IMG/VR virus record: IMGVR_UViG_3300022752_000037
Span: 1 to 64,000 of that record
Direction: 5' to 3' (one strand)
Length of the DNA: 64,000 nucleotides
Source of the DNA: a virus
Positions 8,392 to 18,735 of the stretch are shown here, piece after piece. The first letter of the stretch is position 1. Every line of letters begins with the position of its first letter. Position numbers and translations under genes: made by a program. The notes beneath the pieces are model-generated. The model did not search any database, was not told the DNA's origin, and saw only the letters and a list, made by a program, of their open reading frames with translations.

Positions 8392-8967
8392 TTAGTATTC
8401 ATAGCTAATAGATTCGCAGATAAGATTCATTTGAACCACGATAGCTGTAGCATAAGCAACGGCGTGAGATTTTTTAAAGTAGTATTCATCGTTATCGGGT
8501 TTTATCCATACTTCGTTCATCACCGTGGTCCATTCTTTGCCAATCAGATAGCGTTTCGCGGGGCGTATCAGGGCCAAAACTGCCGCTAGTTGGTCTATCG
8601 TTCTTGGCTTCATTTTTCTTAGGATTGAACCATGTCCGTTGACGTGAAATAGCAAGTTGACGAAATCGTCCTGTTCCAGTAAATCCCATAGTGGTTCAGT
8701 CTCCATAAGTTGAATAAGATGTTGTTCATTCTTAACGCCTTTATAGATGTTAACATTGAGAAAATCAATTTTAAAGTATCCTCTTTTCTCTGCCTGTTTA
8801 TAGTCAATATTAGCCAAATTTGTTATAGGGTTATAGGGAATGTCAGTAAAGTAAACACCTGTATTATGTTTTCGCAACGATTCATTATCATTAATACTTG
8901 CTGTGATATGTTTAAAGTGTGCCAATGCCTTCGATCTGTCAGCAAAATCTATGTCAATATCGGGCAT
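8392..8967 (-). CDS. miniature DNA polymerase III alpha (DnaE)-like protein
   Basis: PDIDIDF, KHNTGVY, GYFKIDFL, ALIRP and YFKKSHAVAYA are C-family polymerase motifs, here in only 191 aa. Confidence 0.8.
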   Translation of the reverse strand: MPDIDIDFADRSKALAHFKHITASINDNESLRKHNTGVYFTDIPYNPITNLANIDYKQAEKRGYFKIDFLNVNIYKGVKNEQHLIQLMETEPLWDLLEQDDFVNLLFHVNGHGSILRKMKPRTIDQLAAVLALIRPAKRYLIGKEWTTVMNEVWIKPDNDEYYFKKSHAVAYATAIVVQMNLICESISYEY

Positions 8968-9149
8968 TAGTGTTTTACCTCTGAGTGGAATAACATCAAG
9001 GGCAAATGATCTGTTAAAAATTCTGCATAATCATCAGCATCTTCTACAGTGTTAAAACCAGTTAATTTTACGTATAAAGTTTTGTCTGTCTCTGAAAGTA
9101 TAATTTCCATACTTATATTAGCTTCTACAAGATCTGTTGCAACGTTCAT
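8967..9149 (-). CDS. hypothetical protein
   Basis: 60-aa ORF with overlapping stop/start junctions on both sides. Confidence 0.6.
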   Translation of the reverse strand: MNVATDLVEANISMEIILSETDKTLYVKLTGFNTVEDADDYAEFLTDHLPLMLFHSEVKH

Positions 9150-9838
9150 AGATCTGCCTCCTGGACTATACGTCTCACTAGATCCAAATCAAATGTTTGA
9201 GTTTTAAACTTTTTTACCCAAACTGTAGGATCTATAATATTACTTATAGAAGATAGCTGATCATCTCTTAGACTAGATAATAATTCTTTGCCAGTTGGTG
9301 AATTTAGAATAAGCCAAGGACTAACTTTGCCGTCTTTTATATCGTATGAAGCTCGATTACTGCTCACATATCTAAAGTAATGATTCCATAGACTATTATT
9401 ATCCTTAGCCCAGGATTCCATGTGAGTGATGGATCTTTCCAAAGCGGTTTCTACACTTTCTGTATGTATTAAATTTACCACATACTTTTCATATAATTCC
9501 TCTCTGCACCAGTGATCTAATTTAACTCCACTTTTTACTACATAGTCTATAAATTTATTCGGATACAAGGGATTTACATTAGATACAAAGCTACCAAATT
9601 TTACAAAAGCGTTATAGTATTGACTTCGAGCAAATTCATCAAAGGTCTTATTTTCTTTAGAGTTTTGAGTAAGTTGATAAAATCTATTGTAAGTTTGAAA
9701 CCCTGCCACAGTTGCTCTATCGTTTTTAGCATAGTATCTTCTCTTAGTTTCACACATATGAACAGTAAGAGTTTTTTCTTGTGTAAAACTGCTTTTACAA
9801 TATTGACAGGTATATTTGCTCACACTTAAGTTTAACAT
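9146..9838 (-). CDS. hypothetical protein with N-terminal Zn-finger-like motif
   Basis: CQYCKSSF...HMC motif; within an operon. Confidence 0.65.
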   Translation of the reverse strand: MLNLSVSKYTCQYCKSSFTQEKTLTVHMCETKRRYYAKNDRATVAGFQTYNRFYQLTQNSKENKTFDEFARSQYYNAFVKFGSFVSNVNPLYPNKFIDYVVKSGVKLDHWCREELYEKYVVNLIHTESVETALERSITHMESWAKDNNSLWNHYFRYVSSNRASYDIKDGKVSPWLILNSPTGKELLSSLRDDQLSSISNIIDPTVWVKKFKTQTFDLDLVRRIVQEADL

Positions 9839-9840
9839 AG

Positions 9841-10317
9841 TTAAAATAGTTTAGCAATATCGCTATCACTATATCCATGTTCTTTAGCCAATGATTGTAG
9901 TTCTTTTTTATTTGATAATTTTGCCATAAGTTCAATTTCATCATCTTTATGGCTTGGATAGATTTGAGATAAAAACTTTACTGCCTTTGAGTTAGAAGAA
10001 TCTTTCTTTTTCATACCGATCCATTCGTGATAGAATATTTGTTTAGATTCGTGCCCACACATGGAAAGTAATAGCCACATGAGTTTAGGATGTTTTTGTA
10101 GATCATTCCAGTACTTATTAAAGAATTCGTTCACTGCCAAGACATAGTGCTCTTTAACATCTCTATTAGAGCTCTTTACATTACTTACATATCGATTCAA
10201 TATAAAGAATTCAGATTTTAGTGCCTTACGTTGTTCATCGTTCATGTCGTCCCAAAGATTTTTAACATTGAGATCCACTGCTGCTAATTTTTCTTTCAAT
10301 TCAATTTTATCATTCAT
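9841..10317 (-). CDS. putative clamp-loader small subunit (T4 gp62-like)
   Basis: Size, FILNRYVS / HPKLMW / HEWI pattern and replication context. Confidence 0.45.
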   Translation of the reverse strand: MNDKIELKEKLAAVDLNVKNLWDDMNDEQRKALKSEFFILNRYVSNVKSSNRDVKEHYVLAVNEFFNKYWNDLQKHPKLMWLLLSMCGHESKQIFYHEWIGMKKKDSSNSKAVKFLSQIYPSHKDDEIELMAKLSNKKELQSLAKEHGYSDSDIAKLF

Positions 10318-10583
10318 TTTGGGTCATCTTTAGACAGTCTATAGATAAGTTTAACACGATCAATGGCCTTTTGTAAAGCGGGATTGGTTTTCGCAGCCTG
10401 TCTTATTTCATTCCAAAGAACATGATCTTCAAAATCTCTTATTCCGTCGGATATGTGATAAGAACCTTCACCTTCATAGGTATATCCAATTAATTTTCTT
10501 TCTGAGGAATTAAATTCACGAGCGTAGACTTCACTACCGTTACGCTCGTAGACATAAGTGGCATCAGGTTTAAGTGTTCCCAT
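10314..10583 (-). CDS. hypothetical protein
   Basis: 89-aa ORF coupled to its neighbours. Confidence 0.65.
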   Translation of the reverse strand: MGTLKPDATYVYERNGSEVYAREFNSSERKLIGYTYEGEGSYHISDGIRDFEDHVLWNEIRQAAKTNPALQKAIDRVKLIYRLSKDDPK

Positions 10584-11134
10584 TATTTTTCAATTATTAC
10601 GATATATTTTGTTATTAATAATTCTGGACCTTTTTTAGGTTGAGTAGTATATTCCTTTACTTCGTCACGGACAATTTTAAAATTCAATTCTTTTAATTTT
10701 TTACGCCACCATTCGGGAGATTCTATAATAAGATGAGCATTTCTTCCATCTGATAATCCTTTTTTTGCAGGGTGACATGCTATTAAATGATACATGCATT
10801 TCGTTGTTCTATTATGAAGATCTATTAATGTCTTATCCAACAAATGAGGTTCAATATGTTCTAAAACATCTGATGAATAGATTAAATCCACAGAGTTTGG
10901 TAAGCTATTAAATCCCTCTCTGCCAGGATCATATCCATGGCAATCTATGTCCGGATATTTAGATTTAACTGCCGCCAAAGTTAGACCTTTACCACAACCA
11001 AAATCTAAAAGAGATTTTATATAATATTTTTCTATACAATTTATTACTTCGGCAGGAATTTTAGAACTAATTCCGAAGGATTTTTTTTCATGGAGTGTTC
11101 TGAGTTCTTTAACATATTCTTGAGAAATATTCAT
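10583..11134 (-). CDS. class I SAM-dependent methyltransferase
   Basis: LLDFGCGKG, GYDP and DVLEHI motifs. Confidence 0.85.
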   Translation of the reverse strand: MNISQEYVKELRTLHEKKSFGISSKIPAEVINCIEKYYIKSLLDFGCGKGLTLAAVKSKYPDIDCHGYDPGREGFNSLPNSVDLIYSSDVLEHIEPHLLDKTLIDLHNRTTKCMYHLIACHPAKKGLSDGRNAHLIIESPEWWRKKLKELNFKIVRDEVKEYTTQPKKGPELLITKYIVIIEK

Positions 11135-11137
11135 TTT

Positions 11138-11875
11138 TTATACCTTGAACAATTTTTTATCTTGATGTGCATCTATATTAACGTATCTTCTATAAGTAGA
11201 AGCACCAAGTCTTGGTGTAACACCGTGTAGTGTATCTTTAGTGTTTAAAAACAATACCATAGAATTTTCAGCATAGGGGATAGTTTTAGCAACTTCTACT
11301 TGTGATATATTAACTTCTCTTGTGCCTTCATAAAAATCTGGATTTTTCACCGTTGATTTAAATATTTGAAAATCTCCACCTTTAGAATTATCATTGGAAT
11401 ATCGCATATATAATAATCCGGCAAACAATTCTCTGGTATTATCTAAATGTGCTGTTCTAACAGTTTCTGATTGTTGCCCATTTAATACAAATTGTACTTC
11501 CATTTGAATTTTATTTTTTTCTCCGCTGTGTCTTAGTGTGACTTTTGAAGATTTAAATTCGTCAATACTATCTTTATAGTATTTTTCTAATGCAGGTTCA
11601 AATAACGATAGAACTCTATCTTTATAAATTTGACCAGAGTGAAACTCAATAAATTCTTTCCATAAAGGAGTTATAGAACCTTCTATAAATTCATGAGGAC
11701 AATATCTACGAGCTTGAAAAAATATTTTTCCGTCTTCTAATATATATTTTTCTGGATATTCGGAAACAAGCTGATTATAAATTCCAATCGGCAATACATT
11801 CTTAACATGAAAATAAGGACAGGGGTCTAATACTAAATCGTCTACAGTTATTGTTTGGGTTACATCTAAATTCAT
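11138..11875 (-). CDS. 2OG-Fe(II) oxygenase
   Basis: HLD...HGV...R facial triad and GGDF motif. Confidence 0.75.
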   Translation of the reverse strand: MNLDVTQTITVDDLVLDPCPYFHVKNVLPIGIYNQLVSEYPEKYILEDGKIFFQARRYCPHEFIEGSITPLWKEFIEFHSGQIYKDRVLSLFEPALEKYYKDSIDEFKSSKVTLRHSGEKNKIQMEVQFVLNGQQSETVRTAHLDNTRELFAGLLYMRYSNDNSKGGDFQIFKSTVKNPDFYEGTREVNISQVEVAKTIPYAENSMVLFLNTKDTLHGVTPRLGASTYRRYVNIDAHQDKKLFKV

Positions 11876-12600
11876 TTATACTTCTCAGAAATATTTTCAT
11901 CAGAAATGTTATCACCACCATACAAAAATTGAATCGGGATTTCAAAATTAAAATTGTTATTCTTTTTCAAAATTGCCGCAATCATCGGATCGCTTTCCCA
12001 AGAATCTAAGTTAAAACTATGTCTATATCCCTTATTCCTTGAAAGATTTTTTGGATCAAGTTTTTCTAAATTAACAGTATCACTAGTACCTATCCACAAT
12101 TCAATAAGATCATAATTATTTTGATTTGCTAAACATGGAAATAGATTTGGATTATAATTAAAAAATCCATGATCAACCCATCTATAGAAAGGTAACACAT
12201 GAATCATGTATCCTCCAACTTTACATAAATTATGTGAATTTTTAAATACCATATATTGGTTAAAAATATGTTCCCCAGTACCATTATTTGTTACAAGATC
12301 ATATTGTTCTTTAAAATTATATTCTTTAACAATGTCTAAGTTTAAATCCATTGCTATAGCATCTCTTTCAGTATTAACATCTATAGCAATATATTTTGAA
12401 AATCCCAAACTCAAATAAAAATCTTTAGTGCTACTTAATTCTTTTGGTTGAGATATACCAAGTTTTGAATATATTTCACTTCTAGATTTTGAATTTTTCA
12501 GTGTTTGATTACCTAGCTCGCAGACTGTAGCATCTTTATTTTTTAAAATGTCATTCGTAACTTCACTAACTGCTTTTGTTATTAAATTACTATACCCCAT
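11872..12600 (-). CDS. methyltransferase-like protein
   Basis: VCELGNQ, IDVN, YDLVTNNGTGEHIFNQ and HGFFNY motifs. Confidence 0.65.
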   Translation of the reverse strand: MGYSNLITKAVSEVTNDILKNKDATVCELGNQTLKNSKSRSEIYSKLGISQPKELSSTKDFYLSLGFSKYIAIDVNTERDAIAMDLNLDIVKEYNFKEQYDLVTNNGTGEHIFNQYMVFKNSHNLCKVGGYMIHVLPFYRWVDHGFFNYNPNLFPCLANQNNYDLIELWIGTSDTVNLEKLDPKNLSRNKGYRHSFNLDSWESDPMIAAILKKNNNFNFEIPIQFLYGGDNISDENISEKYK

Positions 12601-12603
12601 AAA

Positions 12604-12951
12604 CTATCCTTTATTGAATCCAACTGTCTCTCGTTCTATATCATCGTGATCAAACTGAGCCCAGTATAGCTCAAATGCTGTAGTGTCTAATAAAGCCTCG
12701 AACTGATGATATTCACCAGGTGCCACTTTTGTATATTGTCCTTCTCTTACAATGGTCTCGTCAACTAGATCGTAATTATTTTTCCAAACACGTATTAGTA
12801 AACATCCTCGCTCAACAAAAAAACCATTCCATTTGTGTTTGTGTTTGTGTTTACTACAGACACCACCCTTTTTAATTTCGATGCGATGAAATTCTAGTAC
12901 TCCATTAGCTTCTATTAATTCAGTTTTGCCCCATACTTTTCCGGCTATCAT
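12604..12951 (-). CDS. cupin protein (sugar isomerase-like)
   Basis: KVWG, CSKHKH and PGEYHQF cupin motifs. Confidence 0.75.
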   Translation of the reverse strand: MIAGKVWGKTELIEANGVLEFHRIEIKKGGVCSKHKHKHKWNGFFVERGCLLIRVWKNNYDLVDETIVREGQYTKVAPGEYHQFEALLDTTAFELYWAQFDHDDIERETVGFNKG

Positions 12952-13454
12952 AATATTTTACTCAGATTAATTAGTTCGTTTTGTCTACTTATCTCTTTTA
13001 CAAAGTAAGAACATAATGGCTGCTCGTTGTTATCTAATGGTACAGCCAATAATTGATTATTTTTCATTTTTGGAAAATACCATTTGACATCATTATAAAA
13101 ATTTACTATTTCTATGCGATAAAATTCAATTTTAAAACTAGTTAAGGGATTAAAGCAAAAAGCTTCAAACCCTCTATCATTGAGACTGGTCAAGGGTAAT
13201 ATTTCTATATCACAGGCACTGGAACTATCTCCTACTGCTATACACCAGTCTATGGGCATCATGACTTCACTATTTCCGATTTTAAGAACCATGGCCGGAC
13301 TATTAAAACTTTCCAGAAAGATCAAGGGCATAAAAAAGAAATCTGGATTAGCTATATCGCTATTATCCAATACAGCGAATCTCATATCATCTTCTATTTC
13401 ATTTGGAAGATCATTAAGATCGAAAGGTGTGTTATTTAAGGTAAGAATCTGCAT
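12948..13454 (-). CDS. hypothetical protein
   Basis: 168-aa ORF directly downstream of uvsW. Confidence 0.7.
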   Translation of the reverse strand: MQILTLNNTPFDLNDLPNEIEDDMRFAVLDNSDIANPDFFFMPLIFLESFNSPAMVLKIGNSEVMMPIDWCIAVGDSSSACDIEILPLTSLNDRGFEAFCFNPLTSFKIEFYRIEIVNFYNDVKWYFPKMKNNQLLAVPLDNNEQPLCSYFVKEISRQNELINLSKIL

Positions 13455-13456
13455 AA

Positions 13457-14917
13457 TTAGTTCCAGTTGTTTTTTTCTTGTGTAAAAGGATATCTTGCTT
13501 CCTTATAGAATTTCTTTCTATGTGTGAGATGTTTTTTAGCAAATTTACAGGTACTGGTAATGTCCCAGATTTGTACGAAGTCTTTGTCTTCAGCTCGTCT
13601 AATGCCTCGCCCAATACTTTGTATAACCCTAACAAAGCTTTTTCCGGGCTCCAAAAGAACCAAATTAAAAATACGAGGGATATTAATACCCACAGCGGCC
13701 ACACCATAAGTCGCCACAATAATCTTGTTATTAGCAATCGCCACTTCATCGTATTCTTCTTTTCTATCCTTAGTTTTTACTTCGCCTGATATAAAAACAC
13801 TATCTTTTACGTTATCGATTAGGAATTTGCCTGTGTCTATTCTATTGACCAATATTAAAGTATTCCCGCTTTGACTAATTATTTCAATTAATTTACCAAT
13901 ATAGGTCATCCTATCTTTATTAGTGACAAGATATTTGAGTTCTTCTGCATAACTTTTAAATTCCGGTAAATCTACTAACTGTATAATATTAACATGACAG
14001 TTACTTAGTACTCCTGTTTCTTGTAATTCATAAGCTGTCACTCTATGAATTACAGGACCTATACTAGCAAAGATAGCTTGATTCTCATAATCTTCTTTAG
14101 GAATAGTTCCTGTGAGTCCCCATCGAATAACTGCATTGCATAAGTTTTGAGTCAGTAAATTTTTTAATACGGCCGCTTTGGCCATATGAACTTCATCTAC
14201 GATAACTGTGATAACACCGTCTAAAAATTCTGCCAATGTTACTATGTCTGCTTCATGTTCTTTGCTTTTTTTATCTAATATATTAAGACTTTGCCAAGTA
14301 CAGATTGTATGTGTTCGACCCAATTCTTTACGGTCCCCATAGTATACACCAACATCTAATCCTACATTTATAAAATCTTCTTCTGTTTGTTCAACCAAGC
14401 TTTTATTAGGAACTATGGTAATAGTTCTTCCGTAGGATTCACAAATTTTACTCAGTGTAGCAGTAGTGATAGTTTTTCCAAATCCTGTGGCAATTTCCTG
14501 TAAACATTGTGGATTTTCTAAAAATTTATTGATAACTTCTACTTGGTCTGTTCTTAATCGAATAGGTTGTCCTTCGAATCGATGTCCTTTAGGCCAAGTT
14601 CTTTCTCCCCAAAAATCTTCTGTAACAGGAGAAAATTTTAAATTTATTGTAGTTCTGTGATCATCAATTTCTTCTACATCTACATTACATTTTTCAAGAA
14701 CTTCTAATATTTTAGGCAGATGATGTAGATATCCATTACCACCTAATCCAAACAAGCTGATGGTTCCATCCCATCGACCTAATTTGTATGCTGGTCGATA
14801 TCGTGCAGTCGGATCTGTATATTTAAATGTATTACTGAGCTTTCGTCTTATTTCAACAGGAAGCCCTTCTAACTTAAGATTTACTTCATCTTTAATGATT
14901 AATTTACATGTCGGCAT
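13457..14917 (-). CDS. uvsW: UvsW-like SF2 helicase
   Basis: ATGFGKT, DEVH, GLTGT and QSIGRGIR motifs; the start may be 14917 or 14926. Confidence 0.9.
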   Translation of the reverse strand: MPTCKLIIKDEVNLKLEGLPVEIRRKLSNTFKYTDPTARYRPAYKLGRWDGTISLFGLGGNGYLHHLPKILEVLEKCNVDVEEIDDHRTTINLKFSPVTEDFWGERTWPKGHRFEGQPIRLRTDQVEVINKFLENPQCLQEIATGFGKTITTATLSKICESYGRTITIVPNKSLVEQTEEDFINVGLDVGVYYGDRKELGRTHTICTWQSLNILDKKSKEHEADIVTLAEFLDGVITVIVDEVHMAKAAVLKNLLTQNLCNAVIRWGLTGTIPKEDYENQAIFASIGPVIHRVTAYELQETGVLSNCHVNIIQLVDLPEFKSYAEELKYLVTNKDRMTYIGKLIEIISQSGNTLILVNRIDTGKFLIDNVKDSVFISGEVKTKDRKEEYDEVAIANNKIIVATYGVAAVGINIPRIFNLVLLEPGKSFVRVIQSIGRGIRRAEDKDFVQIWDITSTCKFAKKHLTHRKKFYKEARYPFTQEKNNWN

Positions 14918-16076
14918 GTTTTTCATTTCTATTCACGATTAATGGTTCAACATCAGTATAATAAATTGTTAAGTCTGCTGTGTTGGCCCAAACACTAGTT
15001 TTAGTATTAGCAAAACTATTAGTAAAGCTAATTACAGTTTTAGGTAACCATCCTGAATTAATTAAAAATTTCGGTAGTTTTGTATGATTAAGTATAACAG
15101 AATCTGCTGTGCTAGTCAAGTATTGATTTAATTTATGTTCACTAATATATAAATTAAATTCGTTTCCAGTATCAGTGTCAAGCCGAAAATAAACATTAGT
15201 AGTTTTTTTAAATTTTGATAGATTTTCGTAAATTTCTTTCAAAAATTCTAATGAGTTCAATGAGTTATTAGAGTCGATGATAAACAATATAGGAAATCTT
15301 TTTAATTCATATATCGATGATATTAGATTTTCTAAATCTTGTTGTTTTCTATCAATCCAAATTCTAGTACCAGATCTATTAGCTATAATTTCTGTCAAAT
15401 TTTTAGGATTTTTTTCTAAATCTATATGAATTCCATACCGTGCTCTTCTATCTCTTAAAAAGGTGTAGTTATTAATATTATCTTTACCAATATCTTCCGT
15501 TATAAAACTACCGACATGATCTATAAAGTTAAATTTTTCTAAATAAAAGTCTTTGTTATCTAAAATTTTTTGAATTTCTTCGTAAAAATTGTATAAATTT
15601 TCTTGAATTTCAAATCCTAATGACTTACAAGTTTTAAGAGTTACTGCAAGATTAATTTCTTTAAGAGGAATAGAAATTAAACTATTATTAAGTTGCTTAT
15701 ATTCTATATTATTTTTATTAAATGTTTGCTCCAGTTGATTTTTTATTCGTTTATTCCATGAGAATTCAATGTAAAAAGAATAGATATCATTTTCCTTGGT
15801 ATATACTTTTTTATAAGTTTCAATAATTCGAAAGGGTTTTGACCATGTAGGAGAATCAAGTTGATTGTTTAGATTTTCTATATAGTTTGATAGCAGTTGA
15901 GAGTTTTCTTTAAAAATTTTAATTAAAAGTTTTCCTTGATTTTCAGTTATAAAATTTTTTGTATTAATTTTATTATAAAGATTAGTCATGATACTTTTAT
16001 TAGACGGGCTAATCTTAAGAGTTTTAAAAGTATCTGTATTTTGACCGATATGAAGTAAAATTTGATCTATATTCAT
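14904..16076 (-). CDS. hypothetical protein
   Basis: 390-aa ORF, first gene of the uvsW operon. Confidence 0.7.
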   Translation of the reverse strand: MNIDQILLHIGQNTDTFKTLKISPSNKSIMTNLYNKINTKNFITENQGKLLIKIFKENSQLLSNYIENLNNQLDSPTWSKPFRIIETYKKVYTKENDIYSFYIEFSWNKRIKNQLEQTFNKNNIEYKQLNNSLISIPLKEINLAVTLKTCKSLGFEIQENLYNFYEEIQKILDNKDFYLEKFNFIDHVGSFITEDIGKDNINNYTFLRDRRARYGIHIDLEKNPKNLTEIIANRSGTRIWIDRKQQDLENLISSIYELKRFPILFIIDSNNSLNSLEFLKEIYENLSKFKKTTNVYFRLDTDTGNEFNLYISEHKLNQYLTSTADSVILNHTKLPKFLINSGWLPKTVISFTNSFANTKTSVWANTADLTIYYTDVEPLIVNRNEKHADM

Positions 16077-16082
16077 ATAAGT

Positions 16083-16111
16083 AGTATAAAGGTAAATTCA
16101 CAAGAAGTCAA
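16083..16111 (-). promoter_or_regulatory. sigma70-type promoter (probably leaderless)
   Basis: Minus strand TTGACT-17 bp-TATACT, 6 nt before the ATG at 16076. Confidence 0.65.
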
Positions 16112-16952
16112 GCATTTTAGCCAAGGGTGTACCGTTTTTAATTTCATGCTCTAACCATTCACAATGAGTCATGGCTATTAGCCATTGTGATCTATCAGGT
16201 AAAATTGGATTTTCGATAAGTTCTAAATTTTTATTACTAATTGGATAGGCCAAACTATCATTTTCTGTAAAAACGGGAATTCCTGCTATTGCTGCCTGTA
16301 TTCCGGTATTGCTACTAGGGTTTATTACAATCCAAGCATTTTTAAAATCATCTTCATGATTAAAATCGTCATATGTTCCATCGATCTTCGTAGGTATTTT
16401 TATATCAATATCTAATTTGGGTAAAAAGTTTACCCAATTATAATCTCTTGGGTGTGGTCTGAATATAATTTTACGTGTAGAATACTTTCTAATAGACTTT
16501 ATTAAGTCAGTTAACCAAATTATAGGATCGGGTCGATTAACCCACTGTTCACTTTTGCTGTGTTGACCGCAAATTAGAATATTTTTACCATTTATTTTAC
16601 GAGGAAGCAATTTAATTCCTAATTTTTCTGGTCTGTTTGAGTCATAATCAGTTTCTTTATAAAATTTTCCTAAATTGTTTATGTGATTTAAGCCTATACG
16701 CCAAGTTGTTCCTCTAATCAAACCCCCTACTTCTAAAATTATCAGTTTTTTTCCTAGTTTTTTTGCCAAATTCCAAATTTCTTGATTAGGCTTCATTCGT
16801 CCTTGCCATAAAACCGACCATATTACAAAAATATCAGCATCTGTGCTATTTTCGATCACCGAAAAACCTAATTTTTCTGCTCCTTGCTTAAAAGCTTGAA
16901 AAACCGGCCCACTGTTTAATGATCCGTATTGAGTAAAAATAGATATTTTCAT
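16098..16952 (-). CDS. KpsS/KpsC-like (GT-B) glycosyltransferase
   Basis: ILICGQ, IFRPHPRD and SSNTGIQAAIAGIPV motifs. Confidence 0.65.
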   Translation of the reverse strand: MKISIFTQYGSLNSGPVFQAFKQGAEKLGFSVIENSTDADIFVIWSVLWQGRMKPNQEIWNLAKKLGKKLIILEVGGLIRGTTWRIGLNHINNLGKFYKETDYDSNRPEKLGIKLLPRKINGKNILICGQHSKSEQWVNRPDPIIWLTDLIKSIRKYSTRKIIFRPHPRDYNWVNFLPKLDIDIKIPTKIDGTYDDFNHEDDFKNAWIVINPSSNTGIQAAIAGIPVFTENDSLAYPISNKNLELIENPILPDRSQWLIAMTHCEWLEHEIKNGTPLAKMLDFL

Positions 16953-16988
16953 AAGATATATAATAATATACTATTTAACAGGAAATTT

Positions 16989-17831
16989 ATGACCAATTAT
17001 GCGGTAGTAAGCACCTTCAACCAACAAGGTTATGATCAATATGCTCAAAAATTTATAAAAACTTATATTGAAACATGGCCGCAACAAGTTACACTATATG
17101 CGTATGCTGAAAATTGTCGAGTTTTTGAAAATTCATCAAATCTTGTGGTAGTTGATCTTGAATCAGAGTGTCCGGATCTGGTAAACTTTAAAAATAAGTG
17201 GAAAGATGTACCTAAGGCCAATGGAGACATCAGTCAAGATCCTATACGACGATTAAGAAAAGACTATTTCAAGAGTTTTAAGTGGGATGCAGTAAGATTT
17301 AGTCATAAAGTTTATAGTATTTTTCATTGTGCTCAAAATTCAGACATAGATATATTAATTTGGATGGATGCCGACATGATTTGTCATAGTTTGTTAACAT
17401 ATTCTCAATTGACTAATTTAATACCCAATGATAAGGACATATGTTACTTAGGAAGAGAGGGAAAATTTCCAGAATGTGGCCTATATAGTCTTAATTTACG
17501 GTCTGAAATAGTGAAAAATTTCCTAAAAGAATTTCAACGAGTCTATGATCACGCAGAACAAGGAATTTTCCTCATGGATGAGTGGCATGATAGTTTTGTA
17601 TTTGAAGAAATAAGGAAAAAATTTCCTAATTTAAATCTTTTAAACTGGAGTCATGATTTAGGAGACATAAGACCACATAAAGGTAACAGTATAGGCGAAG
17701 GACATCCTCTTATTAACAGTGCCTGGGGAGCGTTTCTTGATCATTTAAAAGGAGATCGTAAGGTTGAAGGTAAAAGTCGCCAAATGGATCTAAAAGTCAC
17801 TAGAAACGAATCTTATTGGTCTAATTTTTAG
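16989..17831 (+). CDS. GT-A glycosyltransferase-like protein
   Basis: RFSHKV, WMDAD (DxD), WHDSFVF and HLKG motifs; start refined to ATG 16989. Confidence 0.7.
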   Translation: MTNYAVVSTFNQQGYDQYAQKFIKTYIETWPQQVTLYAYAENCRVFENSSNLVVVDLESECPDLVNFKNKWKDVPKANGDISQDPIRRLRKDYFKSFKWDAVRFSHKVYSIFHCAQNSDIDILIWMDADMICHSLLTYSQLTNLIPNDKDICYLGREGKFPECGLYSLNLRSEIVKNFLKEFQRVYDHAEQGIFLMDEWHDSFVFEEIRKKFPNLNLLNWSHDLGDIRPHKGNSIGEGHPLINSAWGAFLDHLKGDRKVEGKSRQMDLKVTRNESYWSNF

Positions 17832-18735
17832 CCCATTTTTTCATGTGTTTCCAAACTGCTCCTGATTTCATATCTTTAAAATTCCAATGACACTGGGCCA
17901 AGTCTAAAATCCATTGAGATCGGTCAAATTCACTATGATTGTTGATAAAATCTAATTTATGATGACTAACATTAGCCGCAGGACTTCTATCCGGATCTAA
18001 AACAAAGGTAGGCACTCCTTCTATAGCACTAGCCACAGCTGGACTCGAGTTATAGTTGATAAGACAGTTGGCATTGAGTAAATCATCAAGGAGATTTTGA
18101 CCGTTACTCACAGAAATATTCTTTTTTACAAACATTTGAGCGATACCAGCACTTTGTTTATCTCCAGGATGTGGTCTAATTACTATTTTTCTATCAGTAA
18201 GGCTGACTATCTTAGAAATTGTGCTTTCTAACCAAGATCTAACACCTAACCCTCTCATACTCCATCCTCCTTCTCTTTGTAAGCAGATTAGAATATATTT
18301 TCCCTGGTTTAATTTCCAAGGTTTAAGGTCAAAATTCATATTTGAACGAATTTTAATCCAATTTTCTGAAGTTGAGTTTTGGTTACAGTATTCGCCTGTA
18401 TTAGGAAATACACCATCGTAGCTAAACCTAAAAAATTTAGTTTTTAATTCTCTATAAAGGAAAAGATTACTATCTATTATAATAGTTCTTTTATTATTTT
18501 GTTTCTGGTAATCTAAAACATCTTGCCTTAGACGTAAATGTGGTAAATTTTTACTCTGCTCATGAACGTACCCTTGTAGAATAGCCACATCGCAGTCTTC
18601 TAGTGTGTAAGATTCAGATAGTATGCCCTCGTCGCCTTCACTACAAACTCCTGCAATGAAATCCTTAAGCATTTGAGGTTTTTCGGGTTTTGAATTGGAA
18701 GCAGGTATACCTTTAAGGTATGCTATGACTTTCAT
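17821..18735 (-). CDS. KpsS/KpsC-like (GT-B) glycosyltransferase
   Basis: ILICLQ, IRPHPGD and NSSPAVASAIEGVP motifs; start at 18735 after GGAG. Confidence 0.65.
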   Translation of the reverse strand: MKVIAYLKGIPASNSKPEKPQMLKDFIAGVCSEGDEGILSESYTLEDCDVAILQGYVHEQSKNLPHLRLRQDVLDYQKQNNKRTIIIDSNLFLYRELKTKFFRFSYDGVFPNTGEYCNQNSTSENWIKIRSNMNFDLKPWKLNQGKYILICLQREGGWSMRGLGVRSWLESTISKIVSLTDRKIVIRPHPGDKQSAGIAQMFVKKNISVSNGQNLLDDLLNANCLINYNSSPAVASAIEGVPTFVLDPDRSPAANVSHHKLDFINNHSEFDRSQWILDLAQCHWNFKDMKSGAVWKHMKKWAKN

